A stretch of 64,000 bases of DNA, taken from Candidatus Moraniibacteriota bacterium. GTDB lineage: Bacteria > Patescibacteriota > Minisyncoccia > Moranbacterales > GWC2-37-73. The notes under the pieces were generated by a model that was not told where the DNA came from, searched no databases, and saw only the letters and a program-made list of their open reading frames with translations. Of the stretch, positions 1-9,736 are shown piece after piece; the first letter of the stretch is position 1; each line of letters begins with the position of its first letter. Both the position numbers and the translations under genes were made by a program. The DNA lies in contig DNVR01000019.1 in assembly GCA_003507445.1 (NCBI GenBank), forward strand, positions 206,132 through 270,131, given 5' to 3'.

Positions 1-26
1 GTAATTCTTTTTGTTTGAGATTGTCT

Positions 27-266
27 TTAACGGAATGCTCTGACGATTGCAATTGCAACGACTGCGCCGAAGATGGCGACGAGGAAACTGTAAAGGTTAA
101 ATCCTGTGACACCACCTTGGCCGAAAAAACTCATCAGCCAACCACCAAGCACCGCACCGATTATTCCAATAACAATGTCCCAAACAAGGCTACCGCTTGA
201 TCCCATAATCATAGATGCAATCCAGCCCACGATTGCTCCGAAGATGATCCAAATAAGAATGTCCAT
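27..266 (-). CDS. GlsB/YeaQ/YmgE family (transglycosylase-associated) membrane protein
   Basis: 79 aa, Gly-rich hydrophobic helices, WIIFGAIVGWIAS...IVIGIIGAVLGG pattern. Confidence 0.9.
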   Translation of the reverse strand: MDILIWIIFGAIVGWIASMIMGSSGSLVWDIVIGIIGAVLGGWLMSFFGQGGVTGFNLYSFLVAIFGAVVAIAIVRAFR

Positions 267-495
267 ATTATTTTTTATTAATTAATTAGTTTGTTATAAT
301 TTTTTAAAGAGCATTGCTCGTTGTTTTTTGACGCAATTTGCGTTGTTTAATGTGCCTAGCTTGATATAATTTTATACAATGTTGCTAGTCACATATTTCA
401 TAATGATAATTTTTGATATTTAGAAATAGTATTGGAAACAAAACGTATTACAATAAGGTTGGTGTATGATTTCTAATATGACTTGCCAATAAGAT

Positions 496-2265
496 ATGAA
501 CAATGAAAAACAACAGATTAATATACGTGATTTGATGCCATATTTGAAGGTTTTTAAGGGCAGAATAATCGCTAGCATTTTTTTGGTCATAGTCTCAAAG
601 TTTTTGTTGGTGGCTGGACCATATGTGATGAAGAAGCTCATCGATTTGCTGGTAACATATGGAACAGCAGCCTCAATTGCAACCATCGCATTTTTGTTGG
701 CGTTGTTCTTTATGCTGCAGTGGGGTGGAAATGTTTTGGATGGTATAAAGGATTATGTTTTCGCCAAAGTGCAGGCCAACATCCGAAGGACAATTTCGCT
801 GAAAGTTTTTGAGCATTTAATTTCTTTGCCTTCATCCTTTCATGCTGATCGTTCAACTGGCAGAGTGTCTCGCAAAATAACACGTGGGACAAATGCGCTG
901 GAAACAATTTTTATGTTTATGTCTTTTAATATTGTTCCGACTGTCATTCAAATTATTTTTGTAAGCATCGTTTTTGTGATGCTTTTCCCACTTTCATTTT
1001 TTCTGACATTTTTGGTTTTTGTGATTGTATATGTTGCGTTTACAATTTATATCACTGAGCGTAGGCAACAATTGCTTTTGGAAACAAATAAGCTTGACGA
1101 CAAGGCAACTGGGCAATCTATTGATGCACTTTTAAATTATGACACGGTCAAATATTTTACCAATGAAAAATATGAATATCAAAGATATGATTCACAGTTG
1201 GGAGATTGGTCTGGTATGTTTATAAAATCAATCAGATCTGGCGCAAATTTGAATATGGGACAAGGCTTTATAATCACAGCGGGACTTGCAGCCATTTTGA
1301 TTTTGGCTGTCGAGCATTTTGTTAATGGAGATGCGACAATTGGTGATTTTGTTTTGGTCACAACTTATCTGGCCAACATCGCAGTCCCGCTTGGTTTCTT
1401 GGGTTTTACTTATCGCGCTATCAAAGAAGGACTAGCTAATGTTGATGAGATGATGAAATTACTAAAAGAAAAAAATACAATTCAAGATAAAGCGGATGCA
1501 AGAGAATTGCAGGATTGGGCGGGGGAGATAAAATTTGAAAATGTAAGTTTCAGTTATGCCGAGGAAAGGGAGGTGCTTAGCGACATTTCGCTGACCGTGC
1601 CATTTAAAAAGCGTGTTGCACTTGTTGGATATTCTGGCTCTGGAAAATCAACGGTGCCAAAATTATTGCTAAGATTGTATGATGTTAACAATGGAAAAAT
1701 CACAATCAATGGCACAGATATTAGAGATTTAAAATTGCAAAATTTGCGCAGTCATATTGGAATTGTTGCTCAAGACACAACTTTGTTTAATGATACTATT
1801 TTTCACAATATTGCTTATGGCAAACCAGATGCAACAAAGGAAGATGTTGAGCGTGCGGCAAAAATGGCAAACATTTTCGATTTCATCGTTAATGATTTGC
1901 CCAGTGGATTTGAAACTGTTGTTGGCGAACGTGGAGTGAAATTGTCAGGCGGAGAAAAACAACGAGTTGCAATTGCAAGAATGCTAATAAAGAATCCTGA
2001 AATTTTGATTTTTGATGAAGCCACAGCTTCGCTTGATACAAAATCAGAAAAAATAATACAAGAGGAAATTGAAAAACTTTCCAAAGGAAACATCACCACC
2101 ATTGTTATCGCGCACAGGCTTTCAACGATTGTTGATTTTGACAATATTGTTGTTTTGGAAAAAGGAAAAATAGTCGAACAAGGAAATCACAAAGAGCTTT
2201 TATCCAAAAAGGGTGTTTATTACAGCCTATGGCAAACCCAAAGCAAGGGAATTGCTGAAGCATGA
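496..2265 (+). CDS. ABC exporter, fused permease/ATPase (ATM1/HMT1-like)
   Basis: Hydrophobic N-half; Walker A GYSGSGKS, LSGGEKQR signature, FDEAT, IAHRLST; DALLNYDTVKYF motif. Confidence 0.9.
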   Translation: MNNEKQQINIRDLMPYLKVFKGRIIASIFLVIVSKFLLVAGPYVMKKLIDLLVTYGTAASIATIAFLLALFFMLQWGGNVLDGIKDYVFAKVQANIRRTISLKVFEHLISLPSSFHADRSTGRVSRKITRGTNALETIFMFMSFNIVPTVIQIIFVSIVFVMLFPLSFFLTFLVFVIVYVAFTIYITERRQQLLLETNKLDDKATGQSIDALLNYDTVKYFTNEKYEYQRYDSQLGDWSGMFIKSIRSGANLNMGQGFIITAGLAAILILAVEHFVNGDATIGDFVLVTTYLANIAVPLGFLGFTYRAIKEGLANVDEMMKLLKEKNTIQDKADARELQDWAGEIKFENVSFSYAEEREVLSDISLTVPFKKRVALVGYSGSGKSTVPKLLLRLYDVNNGKITINGTDIRDLKLQNLRSHIGIVAQDTTLFNDTIFHNIAYGKPDATKEDVERAAKMANIFDFIVNDLPSGFETVVGERGVKLSGGEKQRVAIARMLIKNPEILIFDEATASLDTKSEKIIQEEIEKLSKGNITTIVIAHRLSTIVDFDNIVVLEKGKIVEQGNHKELLSKKGVYYSLWQTQSKGIAEA

Positions 2266-2350
2266 TTATTTATATTACAATATTTCAGTATATTGTAATT
2301 AAACGCATAGCACGCTTGTATCTTACTTTTGAACATACGTATCCTTTTTG

Positions 2351-2374
2351 TGTTACGTAGCAAGTTACGCAACA
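2351..2374. repeat. Motif A copy (degenerate dimer of TGYTACGTARCA)
   Basis: tgttacgtagcaagttacgcaaca; six further copies in window. Confidence 0.8.
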
Positions 2375-2401
2375 ACATAAATTATAATCAAAAACTCCAA
2401 C

Positions 2402-2432
2402 CACTCACTCAACGTCGGCCGTGGAAGAGTGA
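2402..2432. repeat. Motif B hairpin copy 1
   Basis: cactcactcaacgtcggccgtggaagagtga, near-identical to 40537-40564 and 41185-41216. Confidence 0.9.
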
Positions 2433-2558
2433 ATGCACATCTTTGCGGAGGACCGTCCTTGGGAATTTCCTGCGGGTTTTTATTTGTGTTGGCTTGAGTT
2501 ATGGCTAGTTGGATGATATTATAAAATCAGTTTAAAAACCTTAATATATGATAAAAAT

Positions 2559-3293
2559 ATGTTTAAAGACAAGGTGGTTGTTGTGACTGGGGCATCAAGT
2601 GGGATTGGAGCTGAAACAGCTTTGGCTTTTGCAAAAGAAGGTGCAAATCTTGTTATTACATACAAAGATAACAAGGTGGGAGCAGAAGAAGTTGCTGCCA
2701 AAATAATCCAAGCAGGAGGCGGAGCTATTGTTGTTCAAGCTGATTTGATCAATGAGTCAGATGCTAAGAATGTTATTGAAAAGGCTAAATCAGAATATGG
2801 TAAAGTTGATATTTTAGTTAATAACGCTGGCAGATATATTGATGGCGATGAATGGAATGGGAATTCTGAAATTTGGACAAAAAGCCTTTTGCAAAATCTT
2901 GTTTCAGTGATGAGTGTCTCAAAATATGCAATCGAAATTTTTCAGCAGCAAAAATCAGGAGTAATTGTGAACATTTCGTCGCGATATTCAACAGACGGAC
3001 AATATGATGCATTGGCTTATGCGGCGGCAAAAGCTGGCGTGGTAAACATAACTCAAGCATATGCAAAATTACTCGCACCATTTGGAAGGGCTAATGCAAT
3101 TTCTCCTGGAGCAGTTAATACTGGCTATTGGCTGCGAGCGCCGAAAGAAGAATTGGAAAAAAATTTGGCCGCAATCCCATCTGGAAAACTGGTTGAGCCG
3201 AAAGAAGTTGCTGAAAAAGTTTTATTCTTAGCTTCAGACGAATCTTCAAATATAAATGGGCAAAATATTTTTATAAATAATATTATAAAATAA
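2559..3293 (+). CDS. SDR family oxidoreductase
   Basis: TGASSGIG, NNAG, YAAAK motifs. Confidence 0.93.
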   Translation: MFKDKVVVVTGASSGIGAETALAFAKEGANLVITYKDNKVGAEEVAAKIIQAGGGAIVVQADLINESDAKNVIEKAKSEYGKVDILVNNAGRYIDGDEWNGNSEIWTKSLLQNLVSVMSVSKYAIEIFQQQKSGVIVNISSRYSTDGQYDALAYAAAKAGVVNITQAYAKLLAPFGRANAISPGAVNTGYWLRAPKEELEKNLAAIPSGKLVEPKEVAEKVLFLASDESSNINGQNIFINNIIK

Positions 3294-3297
3294 AATT

Positions 3298-3615
3298 ATG
3301 ACAAATGAATTTCAAGAAAAAGTCAAAATGTTCATGGATGAAAATAAGATGAATAATCCTATTGAAAATAGGGTTCTTGATTTGTTTGATGAAGTTGGTG
3401 AAGTTGCAAAAGAAGTTAATAAAATGTCCAGCTATGGTACAAAAAAGCCTGAATTTAGAGAAGAAATAATAATGGAGCTTGGTGATGCTTTTTATTCACT
3501 GATAACAGTTGCCAATTATTATGATGTGGATTTATTGAATTCTCTTTCCATGGCTGTTGAAAAATATGAAAAACGAATCAAGAAAGGCGGTCATGCGGGA
3601 TCGGAAAATGATTAA
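3298..3615 (+). CDS. MazG-like nucleotide pyrophosphohydrolase
   Basis: DEVGEVAKE and ELGD motifs. Confidence 0.85.
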   Translation: MTNEFQEKVKMFMDENKMNNPIENRVLDLFDEVGEVAKEVNKMSSYGTKKPEFREEIIMELGDAFYSLITVANYYDVDLLNSLSMAVEKYEKRIKKGGHAGSEND

Positions 3616-3635
3616 TTTTGAAATTTTAAACTTAT

Positions 3636-4100
3636 ATGTATAATCACGCACCGGAAAATTACAATTGCCCGATATGCTTGGGCGTCAATGGAATTGAGAG
3701 TGATGCAACAATGCTAAAACAGGCAGACATTGTTTATAAGGATGATTTAGTTTGTGCTTTTGTAAATTCAAAATTTGTTGGAAATAATCCTGGTCATGTA
3801 ATTGTTGTCCCAAATGAACATTTTGAAAATTTGTATGATATGCCGGAAGATGTTTTGAGTAGAGCAATTTCTGTGTCTAAGAAAATTGCAATTGCAATGA
3901 AAAAAGCTCGCAATTGTGATGGTGTGATGATTCAACAGAATAACGAGCCAGCAAGCAATCAACACGCTTTTCACTATCACATGCACGTTTTCCCTAGATT
4001 CGATGGCGACGAAATTTATCAGCACATGAACAGCGCGCGAGTTTCAGATCCACAAGAAAGAATCGCTTATGCAGAAGAATTAAAAAAGTATTTAAACTAA
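3636..4100 (+). CDS. HIT family hydrolase
   Basis: CPIC N-terminus, GHVIVVP, HYHMHVFPR triad. Confidence 0.92.
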   Translation: MYNHAPENYNCPICLGVNGIESDATMLKQADIVYKDDLVCAFVNSKFVGNNPGHVIVVPNEHFENLYDMPEDVLSRAISVSKKIAIAMKKARNCDGVMIQQNNEPASNQHAFHYHMHVFPRFDGDEIYQHMNSARVSDPQERIAYAEELKKYLN

Positions 4101-4110
4101 GAATAAAACT

Positions 4111-4659
4111 ATGAAAATTTTCATCGTCAGACATGGAGAAACAGATTCAAACAAAAATAAGAAACTCATGGGGCAGAGAATGAATGACCCATTGAATGCC
4201 GAGGGCATTGAACAGATCAAAAAGCTTTCCGAAGAAATTGACACAGATTTTGATGTTATTTTTACCTCGCCATTAGTGCGAGCAAAACAATCTGCACAAA
4301 TTCTCGCTGCAAAAATTGGTGCTCCTGTTGTTGAAAAGCAGGAGATTATGGAACGAGATTTTGGTGATTTTTCAGGTAAAACCTGGGATGAGATGATTAA
4401 AAAACTTGGAGAAGCGGCGAGTGATTTGAAAAAAGAAGATTTTGAACAAAATTATGATTATCGTCCTTATGGCGGAGAATGTGCGGCAGATGTTAAGGGA
4501 AGGTTTTTGAAATTTGTTGAAGAATTAAAAAAAGACTATGCAGACAAGAAAGTTTTAATTGTTGCTCATGGTGGAATATTGAAATTGGCACACTTTCTAT
4601 TTTCTGAAATAAGAGTTGAACATGTGCAAAATGCTGCAATTTGCGAATTTGATATTTAG
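4111..4659 (+). CDS. Histidine phosphatase family protein
   Basis: RHGET, SPLVRA, ERDFG, VAHGG motifs. Confidence 0.92.
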   Translation: MKIFIVRHGETDSNKNKKLMGQRMNDPLNAEGIEQIKKLSEEIDTDFDVIFTSPLVRAKQSAQILAAKIGAPVVEKQEIMERDFGDFSGKTWDEMIKKLGEAASDLKKEDFEQNYDYRPYGGECAADVKGRFLKFVEELKKDYADKKVLIVAHGGILKLAHFLFSEIRVEHVQNAAICEFDI

Positions 4660-4684
4660 ACTTTGTAAAATATTTTTTAAAAAT

Positions 4685-4882
4685 ATGACAAGTGAAAATG
4701 AAAATATTTTTGTGGAAGACATAATTGCAGAGGCGGAAAAGTCTTCCGGTGATATTCAAGATGGTGTGGTAGATAAACTTCAGTCTTTATTGAAAGATGA
4801 ATTTTGTTCAGAAGAATCAAGCAATGCAACTATCACACAAATTGCAAAGAATCTTATTGAAGAGCAAGTTAAAGAACTATAA
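4685..4882 (+). CDS. Small acidic hypothetical protein upstream of AAA ATPase
   Basis: 65 aa from ATG 4685; stop lies 4 nt before the ATPase ATG. Confidence 0.55.
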   Translation: MTSENENIFVEDIIAEAEKSSGDIQDGVVDKLQSLLKDEFCSEESSNATITQIAKNLIEEQVKEL

Positions 4883-4886
4883 AAGA

Positions 4887-7223
4887 ATGAAAATCAATAA
4901 AATTAAAATTGCATGGTTTCGTGGAGCATCTGATCCTGTCGAAATGGAACTGAATTCCAAATCACTTGTTATTTATGGCGAAAATGGAGCAGGGAAATCA
5001 TCATTTGTTGATTCGATCGAATATATAATAAACAACGGCAGAATAACACACCTTGCGCATGAACATAGTGGACGAAGGCAAGAAAAAGCTATTGTAAATA
5101 CTCATACACCTGGCAGTCAAAAAGGAGAAATAAAAGTTACGTTAGATGATAATTCTGAAGTCTTGGTTGAAATACAGCGCAATGGCGCTTTTTCTATTTC
5201 ACCAGATAACTCAGAAATATCAAAATGGAATTATCGTCGAACAGTTCTCAGACAAAATGAACTTGCTGATTTTATCGCTCATACAAAAGGCGATAAATAT
5301 TCTGCATTGTTGCCCTTGCTTGGATTGAGCTACTTGGAAGTTGCAGCAGAAAATCTTAGAAAATTAGAAAATTCGATTCAATCGCAAACTAGTCTTTTAG
5401 TGAAGAGGGAGGAAATTAGAAAAATAGAAGAAAAGAGACGGCTAGCTTTTGGAGATTTAGATAGAGCTGGTATTGAAAAGGAGGCAAAAGTTTTATTTAA
5501 AAAATACTGCAGTGAAAAAGAGGTTCCAGAAGATATCGATGATGTTGTTCTGGAAGCAAGTTCATCTCTGAATGTATTAATTGGAAAATTAGCAGATGAT
5601 CAAAAAAAATATACTACTCAATTAGAAATTTCTAGCTTTGAAATAAAAAAGCAAGTGGAGGACATTAGAATTAGTGCCTCTAAACTTGCAGAATACACAG
5701 TCCCTTTGATTATCGAAAAGCTTAATGTCTTAAAAACAGCTTCTGTGTTTGTTAAAAAAATAGAAGGGGAATCATTGATTGACTGTCCTGCATGTGGGCA
5801 ATCCATCTCTCCATCCGACTTCTCGTCCCATGTTGAAACAGAAGAATTGAGATTAAAGGAGGCTTCTGAAAATTTGGAATTGCATAAGTCCAACATAGGA
5901 AAACTTTGTGATAATTTGCAAAATTTAAAAAGGGCATGTGCTAAGGATGAGGTAAAAGATTGGAAGGATAAATGTAGTCATATCTATATTGATTATGTTG
6001 AGTCCCTTAATATTGATAATGTTCGTTTCGCTTGCACGGAAGAAATTCTTGCGGAAATTGATGAAAAAATAATTCCAATTTTGGAATCTGCAAAATTAGC
6101 CAGCGGAACAGTTCCTTCTGAGGTGAGGGAATTACTAACTGATCAAGAAAAATTAAAAACTATTAATGAAATTATTAAAGGGGACGCATTGAGGAAGTAT
6201 GTTTTAAAAATAGAAAATCTTGCTAAATTTATAAATTCTATTCAAAAGATATATAGAGAGCGGATCCGTTCGCAGTCATCGGCTGTTATTGCTGTTATTT
6301 CTGCAGATATTGCAAGAATGTGGGGTATTCTGCATCCTAATGAGAAGATTGAAAATGTTCATTTATATTTTCCAGAAAATGTGGATAAGGCTATCGAGAT
6401 TGGATTAAAGTTTTATGGTGTAGATCAGGAATCCCCGCGTTTAACTTTATCAGAAGGACACAGAAATAGTCTTGGTTTGTGCATTTTTCTATCAATGGTA
6501 AAGCGTGATATAAGTGCTGATTGTCCTGTTTTTCTTGATGATGTTGTTGTAAGTTTTGACCGTAATCATCGTGGAATGGTTGCGAACTTACTTGAAAGTG
6601 AATTTGATGGTAAGCAAATTATTCTTCTGACACATGATCGCGAGTGGTATATAGAATTAAAACATCAATTGTCAGCTCAAAATTGGGAGTTTAAGGCGCT
6701 GATGCCATGGGAAAGTCCTGATATTGGAATAAGATTTTCCTCAAAGCAGTATGCATTTGATGATGCTAGATTTTTTCTAAGTGGAAATCCAGATTCAGCT
6801 GGCAATACTGCACGCAAGATAATGGACACTCAAATTGCTATATTGAGCGAGCCTCTAAAAATTAGTCTTCCATATTTACATCGCGAACGAAATGATCACA
6901 GAACTGCTCATGATTTTCTTCCGAAGATTATTGCTCTTAGTCCAACGTCATTTTATATCAAAGAAGACGGGGTAAATTATATACCTTTTATAGCAGCGAT
7001 AGATGTTTTTAAAAAGGCAGATCGCCTTATTTTGGCTTGGGCAAATCGGGCATCGCATAGTTTTGATTTAGCTCAAAATGAAGCTACTGAACTTATAGAC
7101 ACTTGCGAAAGTGCATTATCTCAATTCGTTTGTTCTAATTGTGGAAAGGATGTTACGCGTCTTGATGATAAAAGTGCAAAATTTCTTCAATGTGCATGTG
7201 GAAATTTAAAATGGAAATATTAA
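4887..7223 (+). CDS. SMC/Rad50-like ABC ATPase with zinc hook and C-terminal HEPN-like region (RloC-like, putative defence)
   Basis: Walker A GENGAGKSS, CPACG hook, LSEGH signature, VFLDD, LTHD; C-terminal GNTARKIMD...NRASH; start taken at MKINKIKI. Confidence 0.7.
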   Translation: MKINKIKIAWFRGASDPVEMELNSKSLVIYGENGAGKSSFVDSIEYIINNGRITHLAHEHSGRRQEKAIVNTHTPGSQKGEIKVTLDDNSEVLVEIQRNGAFSISPDNSEISKWNYRRTVLRQNELADFIAHTKGDKYSALLPLLGLSYLEVAAENLRKLENSIQSQTSLLVKREEIRKIEEKRRLAFGDLDRAGIEKEAKVLFKKYCSEKEVPEDIDDVVLEASSSLNVLIGKLADDQKKYTTQLEISSFEIKKQVEDIRISASKLAEYTVPLIIEKLNVLKTASVFVKKIEGESLIDCPACGQSISPSDFSSHVETEELRLKEASENLELHKSNIGKLCDNLQNLKRACAKDEVKDWKDKCSHIYIDYVESLNIDNVRFACTEEILAEIDEKIIPILESAKLASGTVPSEVRELLTDQEKLKTINEIIKGDALRKYVLKIENLAKFINSIQKIYRERIRSQSSAVIAVISADIARMWGILHPNEKIENVHLYFPENVDKAIEIGLKFYGVDQESPRLTLSEGHRNSLGLCIFLSMVKRDISADCPVFLDDVVVSFDRNHRGMVANLLESEFDGKQIILLTHDREWYIELKHQLSAQNWEFKALMPWESPDIGIRFSSKQYAFDDARFFLSGNPDSAGNTARKIMDTQIAILSEPLKISLPYLHRERNDHRTAHDFLPKIIALSPTSFYIKEDGVNYIPFIAAIDVFKKADRLILAWANRASHSFDLAQNEATELIDTCESALSQFVCSNCGKDVTRLDDKSAKFLQCACGNLKWKY

Positions 7224-7280
7224 GTTTATTAAAATTTTGGAGTAAAAATTTCAAAATATTTTTTTCTTCAATTATTGCAA

Positions 7281-7347
7281 AATGAGCTTTTCGTCACTCA
7301 CTTGGAAATGAAAATAAGTTTTCATTTCGCTCGCTTCGCTAGAAAAT
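7281..7347. repeat. Structured repeat G copy 1
   Basis: Reverse complement closely matches 60245-60313. Confidence 0.8.
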
Positions 7348-7396
7348 AAACAACGAGACTGATTTGTTTTCGGGTTAATTGATAATTTAAAAATAT

Positions 7397-8059
7397 ATGA
7401 ACAAACAAGAAATTATAAACAATACTGCAAAATATGCACGTGAAACGCTAGAGGGTGAAACTTCTGGTCACGACTGGTGGCACGTCTATCGTGTTTGGAA
7501 GATGGCACAGAACATAGGACAAAAAGAAAACGCCGACATGTTTGTGGTTGAACTGGCTGCACTTCTTCATGACATTGCTGATTATAAAATGCATAGTGGT
7601 GACGACACGGTCGGGTCAGGGGTTGCAAGAGAGTGGCTCGAAAAGCAAGGAGTTGATGATGAAACTATTTTCCATGTTTGTGAAATTATAAAAGAAGCAT
7701 CATTTAAGGGTGAAAAAGTTGAATCAAAAATAAATACTGTTGAGGGAAAAGTTGTGCAAGACGCAGATCGCTTGGATGCTATCGGCGCGATTGGTATAGC
7801 TAGAGGATTCATGTTTGCGGGAAATAAAAGTTTACCCATGTATGATCCAGATATAAAACCATTGGAGATACATGACTTCGAGGTATATAAAAATATAAAA
7901 AGACCAACATACACACAAATAAATCATTTCTATGAAAAACTTTTACTGCTCAAGGATTTGATGAATACTGAAAGTGGAAAAGAAATTGCACAGGGTAGGC
8001 ATGTGATCATGGAGAACTATTTGAAAGATTTTTTTAATGAGTGGGAGGGCAAGGCTTAA
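7397..8059 (+). CDS. HD-domain metal-dependent phosphohydrolase
   Basis: HDWWHVYRV, ALLHDIAD, VQDADRLDAIGAIGIAR. Confidence 0.92.
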   Translation: MNKQEIINNTAKYARETLEGETSGHDWWHVYRVWKMAQNIGQKENADMFVVELAALLHDIADYKMHSGDDTVGSGVAREWLEKQGVDDETIFHVCEIIKEASFKGEKVESKINTVEGKVVQDADRLDAIGAIGIARGFMFAGNKSLPMYDPDIKPLEIHDFEVYKNIKRPTYTQINHFYEKLLLLKDLMNTESGKEIAQGRHVIMENYLKDFFNEWEGKA

Positions 8060-8156
8060 ATTTGCTTTTCCAAAGCCATTGCGCGGTTCAATCTGCTCTC
8101 AACCGACTCCCAATTTTCAAGGATATTAGTTCGAAGCGTGTACCCTAGCCCGTGCA
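8056..8156. repeat. Cassette-junction repeat E copy 1
   Basis: Minus strand reads LGYTLRTNILENWESVESRLNRAMALEKQI*; homologous to three downstream copies. Confidence 0.9.
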
Positions 8157-8165
8157 TAGATGAAG

Positions 8166-8190
8166 CAAGGCTCAAGTGAGCCTTGTTTTT
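8166..8190 (+). terminator. Intrinsic terminator-like hairpin after repeat E1
   Basis: gcaaggctc-aagt-gagccttgt followed by T run. Confidence 0.7.
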
Positions 8191-8231
8191 GATAGGGGAA
8201 AATACATCTTCGAACCGAAATCTAAAAAATA

Positions 8232-8260
8232 TTGACATTTTCCTTCGAATATGCTAAAAA
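8232..8260 (+). promoter_or_regulatory. Putative sigma70 promoter of cassette 1
   Basis: TTGACA-17-TAAAAA with upstream TG; similar module at 10878-10906. Confidence 0.55.
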
Positions 8261-8351
8261 GATAAGTCCACTGTGGACGAGATTTATGAATAAATCTTCA
8301 GTTCTTCGCAGTATAAATAATGGTCGAGGGACCTAAACCCAGGAGGCAAAA

Positions 8352-8918
8352 ATGGGCATAATTGATGACATTAAAGCATGGATGGGTAAACATCGGATTT
8401 TCGCAACTCTTGTTGTTCTGACACTGGTTGTCGTCCTTGGCGGCGGAACCTTCCGGGTCCTGTTTTGTACCTTTGTAGACAAGCACGAAACATGCTTCAT
8501 CTACGACAGAATTTCCGGTCAGGTAGAAATTCCGGATCGAACAGGCTACATCGTCCGCGCGCCAATCATTTATTCGGTGCACACGCTTGATACGCGTCCG
8601 TACCAGCTTTCTATCACTGCCAACATTGGGTCTCCTGGTACGTCTAGCGTTTCTTCGCGGGTTCTTAATGCCAAGCTGGTCAGGTTTAATCCCAAGGGCA
8701 TATCAACATTCATTTCCTGGCATGGACGTGACGCCGGCGACAAATTGGCAAATTTGCTGGAAATCATGAAGTGTTATGCCTTCGACAAAGAGGGAGGAAG
8801 GGATTGCCCGTTCATAACAGTTCTTAATGAAATCAATCCCAGTCAAACCCCCTCCCAGCTGGGGGATACCACTGCTTCCTCGATTACACCCAGTGTTCAT
8901 ACTGGAGCAAAGCCATGA
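8352..8918 (+). CDS. Membrane-anchored hypothetical protein with SPFH-like N-terminal region (cassette 1)
   Basis: AGGAGG SD; one TM; paralogous to 8915-9394. Confidence 0.75.
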   Translation: MGIIDDIKAWMGKHRIFATLVVLTLVVVLGGGTFRVLFCTFVDKHETCFIYDRISGQVEIPDRTGYIVRAPIIYSVHTLDTRPYQLSITANIGSPGTSSVSSRVLNAKLVRFNPKGISTFISWHGRDAGDKLANLLEIMKCYAFDKEGGRDCPFITVLNEINPSQTPSQLGDTTASSITPSVHTGAKP

Positions 8919-9394
8919 AGGGACTCGACGATATTCTGACGAAACATCGACTGAGGATACCAGTCATTATCTCAAGTGTCATATTCATCGTTGCACTCTT
9001 CTTCTATCTCTGTTTTCTAAACTATAATGAACCGACGGAGATTGGAATAGCTAGAAACGTGTTCTCTGGAGAAGCATGGTCACAGGAAGGTGGGGGTTGG
9101 CATCGTACGGCGCCGTGGGTGTTTGTGTCTAAGATCGACACGAGACCTATGAAAGTTGGTGTGACGACTTCCGGACACGGATTCAGTGCTAAACTTGTGC
9201 AGTTCAACACCAGGGAATGGCAGGAGTTCATCATGACAGAGGGCTTCCGCTACTGGTGGTGGGACAATCGCATCTCTTTCAACTTCGGATACAGTGAAGA
9301 ATATCGCGGGATGAAGGACATTCTGCGCGGCTACGCTTACAGCGTGAAACGCTACCCCTTCATAACAATACTGGAAGAGTATCAGACACAATAA
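8915..9394 (+). CDS. Membrane-anchored hypothetical protein, paralog of upstream gene (cassette 1)
   Basis: ATGA overlap; shared DTRP, AKLV(R/Q)FN and PFIT(V/I)LxE motifs. Confidence 0.75.
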   Translation: MKGLDDILTKHRLRIPVIISSVIFIVALFFYLCFLNYNEPTEIGIARNVFSGEAWSQEGGGWHRTAPWVFVSKIDTRPMKVGVTTSGHGFSAKLVQFNTREWQEFIMTEGFRYWWWDNRISFNFGYSEEYRGMKDILRGYAYSVKRYPFITILEEYQTQ

Positions 9395-9419
9395 CAACAT
9401 CTTGAAAATGCAGGATTAT

Positions 9420-9463
9420 ACTGGCATGTTCATCTCACACGAGAAGAATGTGTCAGTTTTTTT
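9420..9463 (+). terminator. Terminator closing cassette 1
   Basis: actggcatgttc...gaatgtgtcagt stem plus T run. Confidence 0.65.
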
Positions 9464-9556
9464 ATTTCATTAAAGTCATTACTTGCTCCAATCTTGTCTC
9501 AACAACATACCAATTTTTAAGTATATTAGTTCGAAGTGCGTACTTTAGCCCGTACA
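9462..9556. repeat. Cassette-junction repeat E copy 2
   Basis: Minus strand reads LKYALRTNILKNWYVVETRLEQVMTLMK*. Confidence 0.9.
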
Positions 9557-9736
9557 GACTAAAATAAGTCTTTACAGAGCCTTATTTTTTGTATAGAGAG
9601 ATTGGAATTATAACTGTGATATAATATTAATATAAATTTATCTTTAATAAGATAAACAAAAAATCGCGTGATACATTTTTGAAATTTTTGACGCAAATTA
9701 GGTTGAGCTGGTATAACAATTTTTAGAAATAAAAAT

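Noticed and set aside
8120-8156. tRNA gene within repeat E
   Set aside because: Only GTTCGAA and a 3'-end-like tail are present, spaced about 7 nt too far apart, with no D or anticodon arm.
8056-8238. 60-aa minus-strand ORF as an expressed gene
   Set aside because: Its N-half runs through a terminator and promoter and is not conserved in the other copies; only the tail is homologous.
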